A DNA stretch of 64,000 nt from Acidobacteriota bacterium (lineage in GTDB: Bacteria > Acidobacteriota > Thermoanaerobaculia > UBA5066): assembly GCA_008363385.1 (NCBI GenBank), contig RHKY01000005.1, forward strand, positions 18,254-82,253, in the 5' to 3' direction. Shown here piece after piece: positions 1 to 8,754 of this stretch; positions within the stretch are counted from its first letter, which is position 1; every line of letters starts with the position of its first letter. Both the position numbers and the translations under genes were made by a program. Below the pieces are notes generated by a model that worked only from the letters and a program-made list of their open reading frames with translations, ran no database searches and was not told the DNA's origin.

Positions 1-1731
1 CGTCCTCTCCCGGCACGAGACCGCGACCGGGCTCGCCGAAGCCTGGCGCGACGTCACCGCCCCGGAGGTGGAGGCGCTCCACGCCGGCAGCTCGGGCCAG
101 CGGCTCCTCGTCCAGGTCCACCGCCCCCGCCCGCAGGTCGACCAGAGGGTCTTCAAGGACCCGGCGCTCGCCGTCTGGGAGGTGGGACAGCCCGCTCCGC
201 GGACCTACGACGAGCTCTTCCTCGTGGAGCAGGAGAGCAAGGGGTTCGTCCACCTCGACGTCGACGCGCTCCCGTCGGGCGCGCCGTTCTGGTTCGACTC
301 CGGCCTCCCCCCGGTCTACGGCGCGGGCCCCCCCGGCGGGGGCGACACGGGCGGCGCCGACGTCACGCAGGAGTGGGGCGTCGTCCGCGGCTCGCTCGCG
401 CAGCGTCTCGTCCTGGCCGCCGCGGCGCACGCGCCGGGGAAGGGCGGGGCCTTCTGGAAGACCGACCTCCTCCTCCGGAACGGCTCGGCCGAGCCGGTCG
501 AGGTCTCCCTCCGGCTCGCGCCGGGCGCGGGAGGGGACGCCGTACCGGGCGAGGAGACCCTGACGCTCTCGCCGGGCGAGCTGCGCGTCGTGCGGGACGT
601 CCTGGCGGCCCTCTTCGGCGTCGGCAACGGACACGGCGCGCTCTTCGTGACGCCCGAGGCGGGCCGCTCCGTGTCGGCCACGAGCCGGACGTACTCTGCG
701 GAGGGAAGCGGGTCGTACGGGATGGGGCTCGCCGCGGTCGACGTCTTCTCGGCGGCAACGCCGCGGTTCCCCGTCACCTTCTCGGCCGCCCTCCTCGGAC
801 CCGGCTTCCGGACGAACCTGGGCGTCGTCGACCCCGCCGGACGCGGCACCGAGGCGGGCCTCCTCGCGGCGTCAGAGTCGGGGCCCGTCGGCCGGGACGA
901 CGTGACGATCGCGAGCGCCGGCGGGGTCCCGTCGCAGCTGGACGACGTCGCCTCCCGCCTCGGCCTCGACGCCTGGCGGACGGGCGCGCTCGCCCTCTCG
1001 CCGCTCTCGGGCGAGGCCGTCCCGTACCTCGTCGCGATCGACGACGGGACGAACGACCCCTCGGCCTTCCCGCCCGACCTCCCCTCTCCGTTCGTCCGGG
1101 CGCTGCCGGCGATCGTCCACGCCGGGGGGGCGGGGGGCGCCCAGTGGCGGAGCGACCTCTTCCTCCACAACACCGCCGGCGAGCCCCGGAACGTCACGCT
1201 CCTGGCCAAGCGCTGGGACTCGGCCGAGGACGAGGCCCGCCTGACGCTGACGCTCCTGCCGCAGGAGGCGCGGGTGATCCGCGACGTCCTCCGGACGGCC
1301 TTCGGGAAGACCGGCGTCGCCCGCCTGAGGTTCACCGGGATGGGCGCCTCGATGCTGGAGTCGCTCGGCGTCCGCGTCACCTCCCGGACGTACGCGGAGG
1401 CGCCCGGCGGCGGCACGTACGGCTTCGCGCTCCCGCCGCTGAACTCCTTCCAGTCCGCAGGCCCGGGCGAGGCGCTGGAGGTCCTCCTCCTCGCCGGTTC
1501 CGGAACCCGGACGAACCTCGCCCTCGTCGAGCTGACCGCCTTCGCCGACGGGACGACCCGCCGCGTGAAGGTGGAGGTGATCGGCCCGCAGGGCCTCCCC
1601 CTCGACTCCTTCGACGTGAACGTCCCCGTCGCGGGAGGCATCCAGGTCGACGACCTCTTCCGCGCAAGAGGCCTCCCCCTGGACCTCCCTGCCGCGGTGA
1701 CTTCGCGGCCGGCCTGGCCAGCAGCTGGTGA
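1..1731 (+). CDS. Secreted beta-sandwich-repeat protein, paralog A (5' partial; frame break at 1699/1700)
   Basis: Translation from nt 2 (VLSRHETATGLAEAWRD...) aligns along its whole length with the C-terminal two thirds of the next gene. It carries three repeats of the type W(K/R)(T/S)DLxLxN ... SRTY..GxYG ... RTNL ... ID(D/Q)GTNDP. The main frame has no stop until 2077, where it would overlap the next gene. The -1 frame from 1699 reads DFAAGLASSW-stop (1729-1731). Confidence 0.6.
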   Translation, partial: RPLPARDRDRARRSLARRHRPGGGGAPRRQLGPAAPRPGPPPPPAGRPEGLQGPGARRLGGGTARSADLRRALPRGAGEQGVRPPRRRRAPVGRAVLVRLRPPPGLRRGPPRRGRHGRRRRHAGVGRRPRLARAASRPGRRGARAGEGRGLLEDRPPPPERLGRAGRGLPPARAGRGRGRRTGRGDPDALAGRAARRAGRPGGPLRRRQRTRRALRDARGGPLRVGHEPDVLCGGKRVVRDGARRGRRLLGGNAAVPRHLLGRPPRTRLPDEPGRRRPRRTRHRGGPPRGVRVGARRPGRRDDRERRRGPVAAGRRRLPPRPRRLADGRARPLAALGRGRPVPRRDRRRDERPLGLPARPPLSVRPGAAGDRPRRGGGGRPVAERPLPPQHRRRAPERHAPGQALGLGRGRGPPDADAPAAGGAGDPRRPPDGLREDRRRPPEVHRDGRLDAGVARRPRHLPDVRGGARRRHVRLRAPAAELLPVRRPGRGAGGPPPRRFRNPDEPRPRRADRLRRRDDPPREGGGDRPAGPPPRLLRRERPRRGRHPGRRPLPRKRPPPGPPCRGDFAAGLASSW

Positions 1732-1742
1732 CGCGAGAACCG

Positions 1743-4627
1743 ATGCGCGTGGGTTCACCCTGCCTCGTGAGGAACCGTCTGGCCCTCGCCCTCCTGGTGA
1801 CCGGCCTCGCGGGCGCCGCCGAGGCCAGGATCGTCTCGTACGCTCCCGTCACCGAGCGCGTCGCCGCCCCCGCCCACCAGAGACGGACCAACCGCCGGTT
1901 CGTCCTCGTCGAGGCGAAGAGCAGCTTCTGGTTCCTCGGAAACCCCAGCTACGGCTACCCCGCTCAGACACCGACCGGCCGGCTCGTCGTCTACGACACC
2001 GAAGGCCGCGAGCCACCGCGCGAGGTGTTCCCGCAGGGCGGCGACGAGGCGAGCTTCGGCGACGTCGCGGCCCATGAGGGGCGGGACGGGCAGCTTCGGA
2101 TCCTGGCGGTCTCCAACGGGGCCGTCGGCGCCGGGGAGAACATCGACAAGTCCTGGCGCATCCTCCTCAGCACGGATACGGGGCGGAGCTTCCTCAAGGT
2201 GACGCTCCCGGCAGGCTACGAGCGGCTCCAGAGGTCGTTCGGGGACAGGTACTCCGACGACTTCGGGGGGCCGTTCTGCCGGGGCCGCGACTCGTCCGTC
2301 CGGACCGGGACCGACGAGACCCCCTTCGTCCTCGTCCTCCAGCGCTCGGGCTCGACGCTGGAACGCGGCCTCGTGGCAATCGACGCCAACGGGACCGCGC
2401 GGCTGCTGGCGCGGCTCAATGACACCACCAGCGGCAACTACGGCAGCGATCTCGCCGGCCAGGACGCCTCCGGCTCGCGCTTCCTCGTCTCCGGCTCCGT
2501 CGAGCACCCGTCCGGCGCGCTTTCCACCATCCCCCCGAACGGGGTCTACGCGGTCGGCATCGACGGGTCGATCACCAGGCTCATCGAGACGGTAAGCCAC
2601 ATCCCGTACGTGGAGGGTTGGATCACGCCGGACGGCGCGGCGTACGTCGAGGTCGACTGGCAATGGGTCCAGCCACGGACGCCGTTTCGCGCGCGGCGCG
2701 CCCTCTACGTCGTGCGGGACGGGCAACCGAGCCTCGTGGCAGTCTCGCCTGTCGACTCCCCCTCCGACGTCGCCGTCCGCCGGGGCCTCTTCTCGATCCC
2801 GACCGCTGACTTCTCGGGCGCCTGGGTGGTCACGCGCGCCTACGGAAAGCCGACCATCCTCGCCCGGCACGATCCCCGCACGGGCCTGGTGGAAGCGTGG
2901 AGGGACGAAGCCGGCCCCGAGGTCGACGCGCTGTACGCCGGGGCCTCGGGACGCCGGCTCATCGTCCAGGTCCACCGCCGTCGGCAGCTCGAGGGGCTGC
3001 AGTTCTGGGACCCCGCGCTGGCGACGTGGGAGGTTGGACAGCCGGCGCCGCGGGCCTACGACGAGCTGTTCGTCGTCGATCAGGACAACAATGGCTTCGT
3101 CCATGTCGACGTCGACGGATTCGCGGAGGGCGCGCCGTTCTGGTTCGACTCGGGGCTGCCGCAGATGACCGGCGGAGTCCCGGCAGGGCGTCTGGCCGGC
3201 GTCGACGTGACCCAGGAGTGGGGCGTCGTCCGCGGGACGCTTCTGCAGCGGCTCGTCCTGCCGGCGTCGGCGCATACGGATGGGAGGGCTGGCTCCGCAT
3301 GGCGGACCGATCTCCTGGTCCGGAACGGATCGGCCGAGCCCGTCGACGTCTCCGTCCGGTTCGCGGCCGGCCCGGGAGGGAACAGCGCCGCCGCCGGGCA
3401 GCACCTTCGACTGGAGCCGGGCGAGCTGCGCGTCGTTCCCGATGCTCTCCTCACGCTCTTCGGCGTGCAGAGCGGACACGGTGCGCTCTTCCTGACGCCC
3501 GAGCCGGGGCGCTCGATCTCGGCCACGAGCCGTACGTACACCGCGTCCGGCCGGGGTTCGTACGGGATGGGGCTCGACGCGGTCGAAGCCTCCTCGGTCG
3601 CCTCGCTGCGCTTCCCCGTGACGTTCTCGGCCGGCTTCCTCGGCTCGGGCTTTCGGAGCAACTTCGGGATCGTCGACCCCGCCGGCACGGGAACCGAGTC
3701 CCGGCTCCTGGCCGCCTCGGACTCCGGCCCGGTCGGCCGGGTGGACGTGACGGTCGCGAGCGCCGGCGGAGTGCCGACGCAGGTGGACGACGTCGCCGCG
3801 CGCCTCGGCCTCGACGCGTGGAGAACGGGCGCTCTGGAGCTGGCGCCGCTCTCGGGAGAGGCGGTCCCGTACCTGATCGCGATCGACGGCCGGACCAACG
3901 ATCCCTCGTCGTTCCGGCCGGACCTGCCCGCGCCGCTCTTCCGGACCCTGCCCGCGATCGTCCACGCCGGCGGTGCCAACGGCGCCGAGTGGCGGAGCGA
4001 CCTCTTCCTCTACAACGCGGCTGCCGCTCCCCAGTCGATCACGTTCGAGGCGACGCGCTGGGACGGGCTCGATCCGGGGGTCCTGCTGACGCTGACGCTC
4101 CAGCCGCACGAGGCGAGAGTCGTCCGCGACGTCCTCCCGACCCTGTTCGGGATGACGGGCGTCGCAAGGCTCCAGTTCATCAGCACCAGCAGGTCTGCCG
4201 AGGAGAAACGCGCGGTCCGGGTGACGTCGCGGACGTACGCCGAGAGTCCGGACGGCGGCACGTACGGCTTCGCTCTCCCGCCTTTCAACGCCTTCCAGTG
4301 CGCGGTCCCGGGCGAGGCGCTGGAGGTCCTCCTCCTCGCCGGGCCCGGCACGCGGACGAACCTGGCGCTCGTCGAGCAGAGCTACGCCGCGAGCGGCACG
4401 GCCCGTCGCGTAAAGGTCGAGGTGATCGGCCCGCAGGGCCTCCCGCTCGACTCCTTCGACGTGAACGTCCCCGTCGCGGGAGGCATCCAGGTCGACGACC
4501 TCTTCCGCGCAAGAGGCCTCCCCCTGGACCTCCCTGCCGCGGTGCGGTCGGCGCCTACGCCACCGTCATCGACCAGGGGACGAACGACCCGTCGTACTTC
4601 GCGGCCGGCCTGGCCGCCAGCTGGTAG
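1743..4627 (+). CDS. Secreted Asp-box/propeller-like + triple beta-sandwich-repeat protein, paralog B (frame break at 4544/4545)
   Basis: ATG at 1743 is followed by a signal-peptide-like LALALLVTGLAGAAEA. An Asp-box STDTGRSF is present, and the three repeats match paralog A. The main frame runs on to 4910, into the convergent OMP gene. The -1 frame from 4544 reads AVGAYATVIDQGTNDPSYFAAGLAASW-stop (4625-4627), which is the normal end of this repeat type. Confidence 0.6.
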
Positions 4628-4681
4628 CGGGAGGGCCGAGGCGCAGAGGCTCGCCCCGGCGTGCCGCCGGCGGGCGCGGCG

Positions 4682-6172
4682 TCAGAGCCTCAGGAACGCC
4701 GAGAGGACGACCTGCTTGGAGGCGCGGCCGACGTCCACCGCGATGTCGATCGAGAGCTTCCGCCAGAGGGTCGCGCCGGCCCCCATCGAGAGGTGGTCGT
4801 CGGGCTCGCCTCCGTCGAACGAGGTCCGGAATGCGTCGGAGAAGGGCGGGTCCGACACCTCGACGGGCGGGCCCGCGTCCGCACGCCGGTCCCGGTCGAC
4901 GTCCGGGTAGAGCTCGAGCGTCATGCCGTGGGCCGGCTCGCGGTAGTAGCCGGCCCTCAGGGAGAGGTCCGCGGACGAGCCGACCGAGAAGGTCCACTCG
5001 GCTCCGACGCGGGGGAGCCACCCGTCCTCGGCGGACCCGAGCGCCACGGTCCGGTCGGCGGCCGCGCACCCCGCGGGCGAGGGGACGCGGCAGTAGACGT
5101 AGAGCGGGACGAATCCCTCGTCGAAGTCGGAGTAGGCCACGCGCTGGAGCTCGGCCGAGAGGAGGAGGTTGGCCAGCGGCATCCCGCTGACCCCGACCGC
5201 CCAGTCGTCCGGGACCTTGAACCTCCCGCAGGCGCTCGCCCCGCTGCCGGGGATGCTCGGGTCGTCGACCCCGCACGAGAACTCGGCGATCTTCCGCGCG
5301 TCGTACGTCCGCGTGGCGCTGACGGAGTAGCCCACGTCGTAGCTCGGGGACCTGCGATACGCGGCGCCGACGGAGAGACGCGCGGCCTCGTACAGCTCCA
5401 CCCGCGCGCCGACGACCCAGCCGACGCGGGCGCCGGACTCGGTGGAGGCGGTCACGCGCGTCTCCACGCGGGGGTAGAGCGGGTCGACGCGGTTCCCGTT
5501 CGGGTCGTTCGTCACGAACAGGTGGGCGCCGCCGTCCGCGGGGCCCGTGAAGTCGTACGAGAGCTGGTTGAGCGTGACGCCCGCCCCGAGGGAGAAGCGG
5601 CCCAGCCTCAGCCCGGCCGAGGCGCCCCAGACGCGGTTCCGGATCTCGAGCCCCCCGGCCTCGTCGATCGTCCCGGCGGAGCCGGCCGTCCGGTTCATCG
5701 AGAAGGCGCGGTAGGAGCCGCCGAGGAGGTCGTCGGCCGAGATCGAGAAGCGGAGGTTGACCGCCTGGTAGAGGGCGAGCGTCAGGTTGCCGAGGAGCGG
5801 GACGACGAGCGCCGCGTACTCCAGCTCCTGCGCGCCGCCCGTCGGCTGGTACGAGTCGTAGGACTGGAGGGCCCAGCTCCCCGGCGACGTCTCGAGGTAG
5901 TTCGCCGTCGAGAGCTCGGGGCGGAACGTGAAGCCCTTCCCGGAGGCGCCGATCTGCCACGAGGAGAGCTGCGGCAGGCCCGCGGGGTTCGCGAAGGCGG
6001 CGGTGGCGTCGTCGGCGAGCGAGACGAAGGCCCCTCCCATCGCGAGCGACTTCCCCCCGGGGTTCACGAGGTTCGGCTGGACCTTCGAGAGGAGGGGCGA
6101 CTCGAACTGGGCCTCCACCCGGAGGGCGAGCGCGAGCGGGAGGAGAGCGAGGCTGGCGAGCGTACGTCTCAC
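4682..6172 (-). CDS. Outer-membrane beta-barrel protein, FadL/OmpP1/TodX-like
   Basis: Signal peptide MRRTLASLALLPLALALRVEAQ. N-terminal GGKSLAMGGAFVSLADDATAAFANPAGL motif typical of FadL-family hatch regions. Alternating beta-strand-like composition over 496 aa. Confidence 0.7.
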   Translation of the reverse strand: MRRTLASLALLPLALALRVEAQFESPLLSKVQPNLVNPGGKSLAMGGAFVSLADDATAAFANPAGLPQLSSWQIGASGKGFTFRPELSTANYLETSPGSWALQSYDSYQPTGGAQELEYAALVVPLLGNLTLALYQAVNLRFSISADDLLGGSYRAFSMNRTAGSAGTIDEAGGLEIRNRVWGASAGLRLGRFSLGAGVTLNQLSYDFTGPADGGAHLFVTNDPNGNRVDPLYPRVETRVTASTESGARVGWVVGARVELYEAARLSVGAAYRRSPSYDVGYSVSATRTYDARKIAEFSCGVDDPSIPGSGASACGRFKVPDDWAVGVSGMPLANLLLSAELQRVAYSDFDEGFVPLYVYCRVPSPAGCAAADRTVALGSAEDGWLPRVGAEWTFSVGSSADLSLRAGYYREPAHGMTLELYPDVDRDRRADAGPPVEVSDPPFSDAFRTSFDGGEPDDHLSMGAGATLWRKLSIDIAVDVGRASKQVVLSAFLRL

Positions 6173-6329
6173 GGTGGACCTCCGGGGCGCGGCGCTTCTC
6201 GGACGGGCGTTCGGCGGATGATAGCCGTCCCGCCCCGCGCGGTGCCGTCGTGTCGCCCCGCCTGCGGGCGCGGCGGACGGGCCGGAGGAGGCGAGCGCGG
6301 CCGCACCGGCGGCGCCCGATAATCCGGCA

Positions 6330-7916
6330 ATGCGCCAGAGCCGCCCCGGAGCAGCTCCCGGGCCGCCCGGCGGGGCTCGGTCGACGACCCCCGACGGGCG
6401 CTACGAGGTCCTCCTCAAGATCCGCGAGGGGGGGATGGGGGCGGTCTTCAAGGCTCGCGAGGTCTCCTCGGGCTCCGTCGTCGTCCTCAAGACGCTGCGG
6501 CCCCAGCTGGGCGACGACGAGACGGCGCGGCGCCGGTTCTTCCGCGAGGGGGAGATGGCGCGAGGGCTCTCGCACCCGAACCTGGCGGCGTTCCACGACC
6601 TGGTGGAGGCGTCCGGCGGCGTCTTCTACATGGTCCTGGAGCTGATCGACGGGGCGAACCTCGTCGACCTCCTCGACGAAGGGGGGCCCCTCCCCGTCCT
6701 CGCCGCGCTCGACGTCGCGGCCCAGGCGGCCGACGGGCTGGCCCACCTGCACGCGCACGGGATCCTCCACCGGGACGTCTCGCCCGAGAACCTGATGGTG
6801 ACGCGGGACGCCGCGGGCGGGGCGCGCGTGAAGATCATCGACCTCGGCGTCGCCAAGGCGCGCGACGCCGAGGGGCTGACGACGACCGGGATCTTCGTCG
6901 GCAAGCTCCGGTACGGCTCGCCCGAGCAGCTCGGGGCGCTCCCGAAGGGCGAGTCCCTGGACGGGCGGAGCGACGTCTACGCCCTCGGCTGCGTCCTCTA
7001 CCAGCTGCTCACGGGCGTCCCCCCCTTCGACGCGGAGACCCCGCAGGGCTACCTCCGGGCGCACCTCTTCACCGGGCCCCGGAGCTTCGAGAAGAGCGAC
7101 CCGGAGGGGCGCGTGCCGGAGGCGGTTCGCGACGTCGTCCTCCGGGCGCTCGCCCGCCGGCGCGAGGAGCGGTTCCCCGACGCCTTGGCCTTCGCCGCGG
7201 CGCTGCGCGACGTGCGGGCCCGGACGGCCGAGGAGACCGCGCGCCGGACCGGCCGGCCGCGGGGGGAGGTGGAGGCCCTCGCCACGGAGGCGCTCCTGGG
7301 CGTCCTCCAGCGTGCGCGCGCGGCCGCCGACGGGCGGACGCACGCCGTGGACGAGCGGGACCTGGCCACCGCGGGCCTGACGGGGCGCCTCCGGGACGAG
7401 ACGTGGGAGCACCCGCCCGCCCCGCTCTCCGGGGACGGCGACCTGCCGACCGTGAGGCTCTCGGCGGAGCGGCGGGGAGCGCTGCCGCCCGCGACGAGCG
7501 CGAGCGGGACGCCCGCCGGGACGAGGAGCGTCCTCGTCTTCCTGGCCGCGGCCCTCGTCGTCGTCGTCGCCGCGGCCTCGATCGCGATCTCCCGCCGGTC
7601 GCCGCCGCCCGCGCCGGTCCCGCCGGCCGTCCCGGCGCCCGTCCCGACCGGGGCGCTCCTCTTGACCGCCTCGCCGTGGGCGCGCGTCACGTCCGTGGTG
7701 AGGGAGAGCGACGGCGCCGCGGTGCCGCTCGGCGAGGTCGTCACGCCGGCCCGGCTCGTCCTCCCCGAGGGGCGCTACCGCGTCGCGCTCCGGGGGGAGG
7801 GGACCGGACCGGAGGTGGTCCTGACGGCAACGGTGGGCGCCGGCGCACAGACCCCGCTCCACGCCGACACGCCCGGGTTCGACCTGGAGGCGGCCGTGAG
7901 GGCCCATGCGCCGTGA
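6330..7916 (+). CDS. Ser/Thr protein kinase with one TM helix and PEGA-like extracytoplasmic domain (STK1)
   Basis: Hanks kinase motifs are present: GGMGAVFKA, HRDVSPENLMV, DLGVAKA, YGSPEQ. A TM segment VLVFLAAALVVVVAAASIAI follows. The C-terminal end has LLLTASPWARV...PEGRYRV. Confidence 0.85.
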   Translation: MRQSRPGAAPGPPGGARSTTPDGRYEVLLKIREGGMGAVFKAREVSSGSVVVLKTLRPQLGDDETARRRFFREGEMARGLSHPNLAAFHDLVEASGGVFYMVLELIDGANLVDLLDEGGPLPVLAALDVAAQAADGLAHLHAHGILHRDVSPENLMVTRDAAGGARVKIIDLGVAKARDAEGLTTTGIFVGKLRYGSPEQLGALPKGESLDGRSDVYALGCVLYQLLTGVPPFDAETPQGYLRAHLFTGPRSFEKSDPEGRVPEAVRDVVLRALARRREERFPDALAFAAALRDVRARTAEETARRTGRPRGEVEALATEALLGVLQRARAAADGRTHAVDERDLATAGLTGRLRDETWEHPPAPLSGDGDLPTVRLSAERRGALPPATSASGTPAGTRSVLVFLAAALVVVVAAASIAISRRSPPPAPVPPAVPAPVPTGALLLTASPWARVTSVVRESDGAAVPLGEVVTPARLVLPEGRYRVALRGEGTGPEVVLTATVGAGAQTPLHADTPGFDLEAAVRAHAP

Positions 7917-8736
7917 GCGGCCCGGAGCCCGCGCCCTCCTCGCCCTGGCCGCGGCGCTCCTCTCGGCCCCTCCGGCCGGCGCGAGGGACTACACGCCGGG
8001 GCAGGAGCGGTACGTCGAGGGGGTGAGGGCGTTCGACCGGGGCGACTACCCGTCCGCCGCGGCCGCGATGCGGGCCGCGCTCGCGGAGGACCCGACGGAG
8101 GCGGCGGCTCGCTTCCGGTACAAGGGCCTCAACCGCGAGGACTACTTCCCGCACCTCTACCTCGGCCTCTCCCTCGAGAAGCTCGGCCAGACGGCCCCGG
8201 CGCGCGCCTCGCTGCGGGAGTCCCGGAGGCAGGGGGCCGTCGCGGCGCGCCCCGCGCTCGATCGGCTCCTCGATGCGGCCCTCCTGCGCCTCGAGCCCCC
8301 CCCCGAGCCCCCGACGCCCACGACTCCCGCGCGTCCGGCACCTGCGGCGACGCTCCCGCCCGCGGCGCCGACGCCCTCCGCGACGGAGCCCGCGGTCCCG
8401 TCCCCCGCGCTGCCGGCCACGCGCCAGGCGGCCCCGCCGCCTCCGCCGCCCGTCCGCGCCGGCCCCGAGGGGGTCCGCTCGGGGATCCGCGCGTTCTTCC
8501 AGGCCGACTACGCCTCGGCCGAGGTCCTCCTCTCGCCGGAAGCCCCGGGGAGACCGGTGGCGCGTCTCTTCCTGGCCTACGCCCTGGCCGGCCGCTTCCT
8601 GCTCGGGGGGGAGGGGGACCAGGCCCTCCTGGCGCGCGCCCGCGCCGAGCACGCTCGCGCGCTCGCCGACGGGGCCCGCGAGAGCGGCCGGTTCGTCTCT
8701 CCCGCGGTCCTGCGCGTCCTCTCGGCCCGGCGGTAG
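7906..8736 (+). CDS. Secreted TPR-like protein with Pro/Ala-rich linker (TPR1)
   Basis: The start overlaps the STK1 stop by 11 nt. Signal peptide ALLALAAALLSAPPAGA. Helical repeat-like N- and C-terminal parts are separated by a PEPPTPTTPARPAPAAT... linker. It has the same architecture as 16089-17051. Confidence 0.65.
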   Translation: MRRERPGARALLALAAALLSAPPAGARDYTPGQERYVEGVRAFDRGDYPSAAAAMRAALAEDPTEAAARFRYKGLNREDYFPHLYLGLSLEKLGQTAPARASLRESRRQGAVAARPALDRLLDAALLRLEPPPEPPTPTTPARPAPAATLPPAAPTPSATEPAVPSPALPATRQAAPPPPPPVRAGPEGVRSGIRAFFQADYASAEVLLSPEAPGRPVARLFLAYALAGRFLLGGEGDQALLARARAEHARALADGARESGRFVSPAVLRVLSARR

Positions 8737-8754
8737 CTCGGGCCCTGCGCCGGC

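Noticed and set aside
1562-4627. Diversity-generating retroelement (template/variable repeat) as the explanation for the near-identical 3' tracts
   Set aside because: No reverse transcriptase gene is nearby. The few differences (G/A, G/C, C/G) are not adenine-specific. Gene conversion between tandem paralogs is simpler.
4566-7907. 1113-aa minus-strand ORF spanning the OMP and STK1 region (also 4661-6322 plus strand)
   Set aside because: Arg/Pro/Gly-rich junk. The OMP (4682-6172, minus) and kinase (6330-7916, plus) frames carry recognisable motifs.
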